A DNA stretch of 64,000 nt, from assembly GCA_964519305.1 (NCBI GenBank), contig CAZFHY010000001.1:442132-506131 (forward strand), in the 5' to 3' direction. Under the pieces are notes generated by a model that saw only the letters and a list, made by a program, of their open reading frames with translations, searched no databases and had not been told where the DNA came from. A program made the position numbers and the translations under genes. How positions within the stretch are numbered: the first letter of the stretch is position 1; the number at the start of each line of letters is the position of its first letter. Shown here in pieces: positions 57,601 through 64,000 of the stretch. Source of the stretch: Candidatus Undinarchaeota archaeon. Lineage in GTDB: Archaea > SpSt-1190 > JASMDC01.

Positions 57601-59777
57601 AGCCCGTTCCCGGTGAGGGTCTAGAGCTCCCCAGCAGAATGATCTGCTGCGAACCAGAGGATGGTGCCGGTTCGGCCTGCATGGTCCCGATGCAAGGCAA
57701 GTGCCCCCGGGGCTTCAAAGCACTGGAGAACGAATGGATCGATCCGGACAGTAAGAACAATTGCATTTCTGATAGAGGCGTACGGCGCCCATTCTGTCGT
57801 GTCGGCCCTACCGATGAAGAAGGTCCGCAATGCGGTGACGGTGAGTGTCAGGAGAACGAGTCACAGGAGACCTGCTGCAAGGACTGTGGGTGCCCAGAGA
57901 ACATGAGCTGCAGGGACGACAGGTGTGTCGCGAGGGCTCCGGACAACACCCGTCAGTGTGCCACGTTCTGCGGCCGGGTGACCGAACCCGAGGTCTGCTC
58001 ATTCGCCTGCATGTCATGCCCGGACTGCACGGACAAGGCCCCACCATGGCCCTGTCTTACTGACTGTGTCAAGGCCGAAACGGGCATCGGTATGTCCGAC
58101 CTGTGCGACAAGCGGTGCTCAAGGTCTAAGGACCCGGATACCTGCAACGCAGTGTGCGGTTCATGTCACAAGTGCTTGTTCATGAAGGACGCCAACAGGT
58201 GTCTTACAAACTGCGCTAAGGACAAGCTTAAAGTGTTCGCCAAGCGGTGTGACGGCATCTGCGATTCCTTCGGCGAGAAGGACGTCTGCAATCCCATCTG
58301 CCGCGATTGTCGCAAGTGCGTAGTCGATCCCGATGACACTTGTGCCGAGGAGTGTGTCAGCGAGCGCCGGGGAACTATGAAGGATGCCTGTGAAGAGGCC
58401 TGCGTCGACGAGGGTCCTGAGTGCGTGGATAAATGCCTCAAGTGCAGGAAGTGTGTCCCTCAGCTCGGTAAGGACGGCCTCCCGGACTGCCTGCGTTCTT
58501 GTCTGGACTCCCAGGGCATGAAAAGGAAGATGCTCGACATGCTCAAGAAGGTCCAGGCAGAGGACGATGACATGGCCCGGAAGCTCCTGGTCGCCAGTGC
58601 CCTGGACGACAAGAAGAAAGAGCGCTTCCACAAGGCCATCGCCGACTCGCGCCACTCCATCAACGACCAGCGAGTCGATGATGCGAAGAAAGCCCTCGAG
58701 GACTTGGAGAAACAGCTGGCCGAGCTCAAGGAGCTCGAGATGAAGGTCAGGGTCCTTGAGAAGAAGGTGACGACGGTCAGGAAGAAGGTCGAGCGCAAGG
58801 ACCTAGCAAAACACGTTTCCATGTTCGTCAAGAACAGGGCCGTCGATGAGGGTGATAACGTCACCGACGATACTGCCGATGACATAGCCAACGACACCGT
58901 TGAGGTAACCGAGGAAGAGATCAACATCACCCTAGAGGCTGAGGTGCTCGAGGTCGAAGAGGGCGAAACCAAGGAGAACGTCAGCGTGTTCACCATCTCG
59001 GTCAAGAACCTCAAGGACAAGAACCTCACTGACGTCACCATTATCCAGTCCATCCCCAAGGAGATCGCGGAGAGCGCATCCGAGCTCGTGTTCGCCGGTG
59101 CTGTGACCATCATCGAGGACGATCCAATCGTTGGATGGGACCTCTCAATGCTCGAAGAGGAGGAAGAACATAAGCTCAGCTTCTCCACGAAGAAGAAGGT
59201 GGACCTTGATGCTATTGCCGACACCGAGACCGCTGCCGTCAAGGTAGCTGTCGAAGAGGTCGAGGTCAACACAATCGAGCAGGAGATGGCATCCGAGGAA
59301 GGAGTGACCGATACTGAGGAGACCAAGCAGGCAATGGTGGAGCGCATCGAGGCCAGCTCCGACCAGCCTACTGGTGCGGTCGCACCTGTCGAGGGAGCGC
59401 CTGACGACAAGCCCGCTGATGAAGCGGCCACCAAGTCCGAGCTTCCCTTCGGGCTGTCGGGCAAGGACCTGCGCGGACTGCTCCTTGTCCTCATGGCGGT
59501 CGTCGTGCTCGTTGCCATGGTGAAGACCGGTATGACCACGGGCGGTACGTCCTCAGTTAGCACGGTCGAGCAGGATCGCCTTGAGGAGGCCTTCGGTCAT
59601 GGTGAGGTCATCTCTGTCGAGGAGGACGGTGACGAGGTCGTCACAAAAGTGGAATCCCCGGTGAAGGTCGAGAAGAAGAAGGGCAAGGAGAAAACCGACA
59701 CCGAGGAGACCGAGGGGGAAACGGAAGAAGACGAAGAAGAGAGTGATGAAGAAGAGGACAAGGGGAAGGCAGAATAA
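54639..59777 (+). CDS. Giant modular Cys-repeat surface protein (~1710 aa) with C-terminal TM and acidic tail
   Basis: Signal peptide, several classes of Cys repeats, coiled coil, beta domain, TM LLLVLMAVVVLVAMV. Confidence 0.9.
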   Translation: MKAKAYTTLSIILALFIALGTAAGCDYSAGENCQTKPNICPCDLPEFPNCDPSHADADERGCWGEGGSGGATDCGQHVTQAACDVTGMCKWCEGDSAPNSCFPMEYTCQGSTGGYCGDSNCAGTEGEDCNTCSQDCGCPSGDICKSDGHCSPDTATSGYCGDYSCNPGEDYTTCCKDCKCPDGTLCDTNSNTCVTDTSSSSNDDSGYVCCQPSESGADACRVDLGGACPNGFSHLDNEWVDPYNPANCIYPGPGATNPPFCPADGSGTSSGDYIPPRPPSYDTCGNCHWECMFEDNKPDYECDNQCGSVCDTGTTYQPDPSSEPSDQCQNCLDKCMYEMHRSSTECKGFCEYDCGGADEPTPTPYTSTTDTGDQCDNCMDKCRYEMGRSTSECEGFCEYDCGGGDTGTDDFDTSTPCGQCEYQCEVVERKPVYECDKICAPKCSDSPLFDNECDKCFYQCVEVEGNSEYRCKDRCRPACEGGTEQPSGNECDNCLYKCVEVEGNLEYRCKDRCQPVCGSIPEQHDDCGICTHECEVVERRPTYECKSLCRDVCDVPLDTGDAPDVRIIPTTVRLYEPMNICRGKLSLDDVDMTRSEAFFTAVRPDGAKEGFNIKFDELRYYPFFIHFGTFAVHADESSSLERDAANINIHKTPECGPFPPPDDIGGSDDGGWQPSGDDIPPKPPIYDRCGTCKWKCEFEQNRPEYECRDECGIVCGETEDPWGTDESDEFDLSEPPSYAFRDRPMEGGFVGRPLLLKLNEPVEVCGMQFEALAINPEERVLMIKAVWPDGKAEEVGVDIDQVLAGTMHGLVKHFDTVSLHVPEPDNEEDKPPIARNWAVLAAMIRTDCAPFSLSDLMRGPGEDPTEGPGDGDAIVADIEILDDGRFITKLERGQWTLVCSRRVRYLDLKDGGKVAVVEADTGIRMRELLFRADTFHDEDGREVTDEQRVGLNMVKALKDGFHDGNVLAILVKPDLRCSEELKQQTGEQPVPGEGLELPSRMICCEPEDGAGSACMVPMQGKCPRGFKALENEWIDPDSKNNCISDRGVRRPFCRVGPTDEEGPQCGDGECQENESQETCCKDCGCPENMSCRDDRCVARAPDNTRQCATFCGRVTEPEVCSFACMSCPDCTDKAPPWPCLTDCVKAETGIGMSDLCDKRCSRSKDPDTCNAVCGSCHKCLFMKDANRCLTNCAKDKLKVFAKRCDGICDSFGEKDVCNPICRDCRKCVVDPDDTCAEECVSERRGTMKDACEEACVDEGPECVDKCLKCRKCVPQLGKDGLPDCLRSCLDSQGMKRKMLDMLKKVQAEDDDMARKLLVASALDDKKKERFHKAIADSRHSINDQRVDDAKKALEDLEKQLAELKELEMKVRVLEKKVTTVRKKVERKDLAKHVSMFVKNRAVDEGDNVTDDTADDIANDTVEVTEEEINITLEAEVLEVEEGETKENVSVFTISVKNLKDKNLTDVTIIQSIPKEIAESASELVFAGAVTIIEDDPIVGWDLSMLEEEEEHKLSFSTKKKVDLDAIADTETAAVKVAVEEVEVNTIEQEMASEEGVTDTEETKQAMVERIEASSDQPTGAVAPVEGAPDDKPADEAATKSELPFGLSGKDLRGLLLVLMAVVVLVAMVKTGMTTGGTSSVSTVEQDRLEEAFGHGEVISVEEDGDEVVTKVESPVKVEKKKGKEKTDTEETEGETEEDEEESDEEEDKGKAE
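55488..56299 (+). repeat. Seven tandem intragenic C-x2-C-x3-C-x10-C-x3-C-x3-C repeats (eighth copy near 56703-56783)
   Basis: Seen in protein and DNA, e.g. ttctgcgagtacgactgcgg twice and tgcgtagaggt.gaggggaac twice. Confidence 0.85.
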
Positions 59778-59939
59778 CCTCCCCTTGTGCCCTCTCCGAG
59801 GAACCCCCGCTGTTAAAGGATAGACTTATAAGCCGGATACCGCGACCAGCCCTGACATAATGTGTCACGGCGTCGCTTTCCGAAATGTATATAAGCGTCC
59901 AGAGACATATATTACTACTCTACGGGGGTAACAAAAGAA

Positions 59940-61934
59940 ATGGAAATGCAAGCGTCCGGTGATGTGGCCGGCGGTGGATTGACCGGCCAGGGTGTCGAGG
60001 GAGGTCCCCATTTCTTCTACACCGACGTCAACGGTACCCGCGTAGAGAACTATCAGACCGATTTGGACGCCATCGTAGGCAACCTGGGCGGCGATTTCAA
60101 GTATGGGGTGTCACCCCAGGGCTATGTCGCGACCTTGCTCGATGGAGATGCTTCCTGCCATTCGCTTGAGTACGGCGGCAGGCAGGTGCACAATACCGTA
60201 AACGGCATCCTGGAGCTACGTCCGGTCAAGGGCGGCGATGAGCTCTCGGCCACGGAGCTGGAGTACGCCCAAGAGGGTGATACATACCTCCCCATCGTGA
60301 AAGCGACCTACGGCGACGTCGCCACTGGTGAATTCTTCTCAACAACCGACGGTATAGGTGTAGCGCGCTACCATGGTAAGGACGTCGACACTGTCAAGGA
60401 TCCTCGTGTATTCATCCGCAACGAGTCCAGCCCCAACGTCTATCTGAAGCAGACCGACGCTCAGGCGCGAACGGGGACCGTCGACATCGACGGTGACTCC
60501 CAGTCGTACTTCGTCGAGATCAACCACATGAAGGGCGATACCTGGGGCGAGAACCGCGCGATCATCACGCTCACCTATGACAAGGACGGGGAGCACAACG
60601 TCCTCTTCGCCATGAGCCCGTACAAGGACGCGGACTCCATGGCCTCCCGCATGATCGAGAAGGTCGGTAAGATCGACCAAGAGATGGAGAAGGCCAAGGG
60701 TCAGTATTCCAAGATCATGAAGGAAAAGGGTATCGATGTGTTCGGTACGTTCATCGACCATCTGGAGAATGTCGTAGACACCTACGGGGGCATCCCCCAG
60801 CGTATCCGTATCGACGGCAAGCCCGCCTCCACATGGGGCGAGCAGGTCGACCAGTTCGCGATCCCGCTATCGACCATCCGCGAGGTCGGCGAGGGTATCG
60901 GCCGCGCCGCGCCCGCCCGCCGCACCGAGGAGCACGACCGCCTGTACAATGTGGGCGAGCTCCTGGAGGTCATGCACTTCTTCCCAAAGCACGCCACGTT
61001 CTCGGCGAGTCTGCCCTTCGACGCCACCGCGGTCCCCCTGCAGTCCACTGACGGGAAGATCCGCTACACCGCTTCCGGTGGCTACGGCGGCATGGAGTGG
61101 CCCGGCCGGGACGGCGCCCACATCGCAGGTGACCTGGCCCGGGACGGCTGGCACCGGTTCTCCTCAAAGCAGGACCTGTACAAGGAGTCCTGGCCGCTTG
61201 TCGAGAAGCTCGTCGGCAAGCTCGAGGAGAAGATGGGCCCCAATAACGAGGTCCCTTGGTCCTTCTGCCCCTGGGAACACTTCGCAGGTAAGCTCTCATA
61301 TGTAGGTATCGAGGTGAGCCAGGGACTGAGGAACGCTGCCCACATCGCCGAGGAGCTCGGGTACACCGACAAGGCCCGCGACTGGGAGAACAAGGCCGAC
61401 ATTCTCAAGCAGAAGACAATCGACCAGTTCTGGAACAACGACCAGGGCTACTTCATTCGCGAGGAGCACGACGGACACCTGGACGCATCGCCCAACATGT
61501 CCGCCATCCTCAACGGATTCCTGGACCTCTCTAAGGACAACGAGCGCAACATGGCCGAGCGCATCCTGGCGGCCGTGGACCCGCGCTCCGCGGAGTTCGG
61601 CGGCATCCTCCGCATGGAGGACGAGTACTACATCGGTCGCAACCCGTGGTTCGTGTGCACCGGTCAGTACGTCCAGGCGACCGAGAAGCTGGCCAAGGCC
61701 GAGGACGCAGCCGGTGACAGGGGCGCTGCCCAAGTCTACCGCGATGTTGCTGACGGATTCATCTCCTGGATGGAGGAGCACCAGAACGACTCGGGCACCT
61801 ACCCCGAGCAGAAGATGTTCCACCAGCCACCACGGACCGACGACGGCTCCAATATCCCACCCCTTGAAGGCTGGACACTGCTCCCCTGGTCCGAGGTAGA
61901 GGTCCGCAAGGCCCTTATCGCCCGGGACGAGTAA
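59940..61934 (+). CDS. GH15-like (glucoamylase-type) six-hairpin glycosidase
   Basis: GGY..EWPGRDG, PWEH, LDAS, GGILR.EDEYY.G.NPWFVCT, YPEQ, LPWS. Confidence 0.78.
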   Translation: MEMQASGDVAGGGLTGQGVEGGPHFFYTDVNGTRVENYQTDLDAIVGNLGGDFKYGVSPQGYVATLLDGDASCHSLEYGGRQVHNTVNGILELRPVKGGDELSATELEYAQEGDTYLPIVKATYGDVATGEFFSTTDGIGVARYHGKDVDTVKDPRVFIRNESSPNVYLKQTDAQARTGTVDIDGDSQSYFVEINHMKGDTWGENRAIITLTYDKDGEHNVLFAMSPYKDADSMASRMIEKVGKIDQEMEKAKGQYSKIMKEKGIDVFGTFIDHLENVVDTYGGIPQRIRIDGKPASTWGEQVDQFAIPLSTIREVGEGIGRAAPARRTEEHDRLYNVGELLEVMHFFPKHATFSASLPFDATAVPLQSTDGKIRYTASGGYGGMEWPGRDGAHIAGDLARDGWHRFSSKQDLYKESWPLVEKLVGKLEEKMGPNNEVPWSFCPWEHFAGKLSYVGIEVSQGLRNAAHIAEELGYTDKARDWENKADILKQKTIDQFWNNDQGYFIREEHDGHLDASPNMSAILNGFLDLSKDNERNMAERILAAVDPRSAEFGGILRMEDEYYIGRNPWFVCTGQYVQATEKLAKAEDAAGDRGAAQVYRDVADGFISWMEEHQNDSGTYPEQKMFHQPPRTDDGSNIPPLEGWTLLPWSEVEVRKALIARDE

Positions 61935-62025
61935 CTCCACAGGCCTTCTGTGAACGACCGTCCAGTCCTTGGAGCGTTATTCTCTATATAGGGGCGCCTC
62001 TGAGTTGAAGTGGACCGATAGGCGT

Positions 62026-62637
62026 CTATCCGTGCCGCGGGTCCCTATGACGCCGATGGGACACGATGCGGGCCATCTTCTCGTTCTCGACCCTGAGCTG
62101 GTCCCGCTCTGCAGAGAGCTTGGCGACCTTGTCCACTGTCTGGGACATGGTGAGATCGGCCTCATGTACCTTCTTACAGGCCGAAGATAGTCCGCTGACC
62201 TCGCGCCGCATTGCGGCCATGTCCTTAGCGAGCCCCTCCATTTCCCCACCCAGGCGCTGTGTGCGTTCAACGCCCTGAGCAAGGCGACCGACCTGATCCT
62301 CGACTGACTGGACCACACGCTCTTCGATGGCCCCGGCGACGGCCTCGCAGAGACCTTCCCGCACCACGCCGAGTTCGGCCAGCTCTCGTCGCAATCGACG
62401 CATCCCATCCTCCACGTCCTTGGAGAGAGCTGCAGTGCGCTCAAGCTGAGCGGCCTCCTGCTCAAGGCCTTTGGAGAGCCTCGTGTCCAGTTCATCGACG
62501 CGTTGCTCCATGGCCTCAACGCGGTCGACCATACCACTAAGCTTCTGGTCGATGGATTGGACTGCCTTCAGCACCTTGGAAGCAGCCTCATCGCTATGAC
62601 GCATTGCTTCAAGCGAACCCTTGAGCGTACCGTACAT
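62026..62637 (-). CDS. Hypothetical coiled-coil protein
   Basis: Heptad-rich 203-aa ORF with an SD-like GGGGGGTGG upstream. Confidence 0.7.
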   Translation of the reverse strand: MYGTLKGSLEAMRHSDEAASKVLKAVQSIDQKLSGMVDRVEAMEQRVDELDTRLSKGLEQEAAQLERTAALSKDVEDGMRRLRRELAELGVVREGLCEAVAGAIEERVVQSVEDQVGRLAQGVERTQRLGGEMEGLAKDMAAMRREVSGLSSACKKVHEADLTMSQTVDKVAKLSAERDQLRVENEKMARIVSHRRHRDPRHG

Positions 62638-62651
62638 GACAGGCCACCCCC

Positions 62652-63056
62652 CTATGAAGAGGTCTTCTCCCGGCGGAGCTTGGGTGTCGCCTTCTCACGC
62701 CTGGACTCCAGCGCGGCCTCGATGTTCACGATCTCCCCACGAACGGTCCCAACAAATTGGGCGAGGTTCTGGAGGAAAGAACGCTGACGCTCGGTCTTGA
62801 GCTCGTCCCATCGCGTATCCTTAAGGCGGTCGAGCACATTCAGGGCAGCATCGATCACTGGATCGAAAGCGACCGACCGGCCCAGCAGCTCAGATCCCAG
62901 GTTCTCGAGCGTTTGGCTTCCTTGACGGACGACCTCCAGGTTCCGTCGAAGCTCGTACTGGTCGGCATCATCGATGCCCGAAGGAATCCTCTTGGCGGTG
63001 GCGTCGAAAGCGGCGATGGCCTTGGAAAGGACATCCAGAGCGTCTTTCCGTCCCAT
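62652..63056 (-). CDS. Hypothetical helical protein
   Basis: 134-aa ORF with a TATA-like TTTTTAT about 25 nt upstream. Confidence 0.65.
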   Translation of the reverse strand: MGRKDALDVLSKAIAAFDATAKRIPSGIDDADQYELRRNLEVVRQGSQTLENLGSELLGRSVAFDPVIDAALNVLDRLKDTRWDELKTERQRSFLQNLAQFVGTVRGEIVNIEAALESRREKATPKLRREKTSS

Positions 63057-63223
63057 GGTCAGTCATAAGCGACGAGGAGATAAAAACGTTTTGGCCGCGC
63101 GACGTGCGAAATAGTTATCATCATCGTGAACGGTGTACAGCACCCCAATGATGCCTGTTTCTTCCGCACCTCTTGGAAAGCCATAAAAAGCCTATGCATT
63201 TGACAGTCTACAGGTGTGAGACC

Positions 63224-63364
63224 GTGAAATTCTGCCTCTGCAAGGTCTGCTTCATGAGCCAGAGGTACTGTCTGTGCGATATCTGCCACAACTACCTCAC
63301 GAAGAAGTGCAACAACCGCATGCGCCGCATGAAATGCAAGGTCAAGCGGTTCTTGTTAAAGTGA
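63224..63364 (+). CDS. Small basic Cys-rich protein (46 aa, 8 Cys)
   Basis: GTG start after AGGTGTGA; GC3-rich codons; CLCKVC and CLCDICH. Confidence 0.55.
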   Translation: MKFCLCKVCFMSQRYCLCDICHNYLTKKCNNRMRRMKCKVKRFLLK

Positions 63365-63534
63365 CACCAGGTCAAGGTACGTCACGGTATCCGACCCTGG
63401 CGGGAGGTCGCAGCCAAATATACACTTATCGCTGCGAGAACGTGCCTACAGGGCCCAAGCTCTCCGAAACTTTTAAAAATTGACATCTCGTCGAGGATAC
63501 TTACCCGACGCACTGCTTCGGCAGGAGGGTCCCT

Positions 63535-64000
63535 ATGGAAAAAACACATTACGTTGAGGCGATTAAAAAGGCCCGCGAGGGCAAGACGCGCCGTTTCCCA
63601 CAATCTTTCGACCTTGCTGTTTCTCTTCGGCATATTGACCTGAAGAAACCCCAGAACAAGATCGATACGGAGCTCACGCTCCCGCATGGTCGCGGCAAGG
63701 ACATCTCTGTCGCCATGATCGCTGATGGCGAACTGGCCAAGAAGGCCTCGAAGTTCGTCCAGCACATCATCTCTCCCGACGAACTTGGCAAACTCGGTAA
63801 GAACCGCAAGAACGCCAAGAAGATTGCCGGACAGTACGATTTCTTCGTGGTCCAGGTCAATCTTATGCAGAACTTCGCAAAGAGCCTTGGTCCCGTGCTA
63901 GGTCCCCGGGGAAAGATGCCCAAACCGAGCCAGATCATACCGCCACAGGGGGATCCCGAGGCGGTCGTCAAGGGTCTTAAGAACAAGATCAGGCTCTCCA
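63535..64000 (+). CDS. rpl1: 50S ribosomal protein L1 (uL1), 3'-partial
   Basis: Translated by hand: MEKTHYVEAIKKAREGKTRRFPQSFDLAVSLRHIDLKKP...LPHGRGK...LGPVLGPRGKMPKP; TATA TTTTAAA at 63471. Confidence 0.95.
   Translation, partial: MEKTHYVEAIKKAREGKTRRFPQSFDLAVSLRHIDLKKPQNKIDTELTLPHGRGKDISVAMIADGELAKKASKFVQHIISPDELGKLGKNRKNAKKIAGQYDFFVVQVNLMQNFAKSLGPVLGPRGKMPKPSQIIPPQGDPEAVVKGLKNKIRLS

Noticed and set aside
54727-59563. Long alternative-frame and antisense ORFs (54727-55917, 55219-56307, 58460-59563)
   Set aside because: Shadow ORFs typical of high-GC3 genes, Arg/Ser/Thr-biased with no motifs; the same applies to most short overlapping ORFs in the track.
62026-63056. Coiled-coil pair as cell-division or ESCRT-like system
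   Set aside because: No recognisable motifs or partner ATPase; only generic helical character.

Overview
GC-rich archaeal chromosomal window. Archaeal markers are gatD/gatE, archaeal-type HMG-CoA reductase, aMBF1, ribosomal L1, a BHB-intron tRNA and BRE/TATA promoters; the lineage cannot be fixed from the sequence alone. Housekeeping content includes TrkA/TrkH, a four-gene phosphate cluster (DUF47, PiT, PhoU, Na/Pi), UPF0182, UppP, a Lon-like protease and GH31/GH15 glycosidases. Main unusual elements: (1) a disulfide-rich secretome of two tandem ~1,400-aa Cys-rich paralogs, a ~1,710-aa modular Cys-repeat membrane protein and smaller proteins sharing its modules, plus a double-thioredoxin/CcdA fusion; (2) a lipoprotein-anchored T4-type (GH24) lysozyme under an archaeal promoter with no phage context; (3) a ~140-nt intergenic box C/D-like RNA with apparently four guide segments; (4) a ~200-nt multi-stem structured element upstream of a hybrid kinase / REC-PAS-DUF835-wHTH locus; (5) tRNA-Ile(GAU) with a non-canonical 30/31 intron; (6) a degenerate radical SAM-DUF483 gene next to a SPASM-like/B12 radical SAM fusion. 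No CRISPR array, transposase, integrase or rRNA was seen. Family calls come from motif recognition by eye, not database searches.
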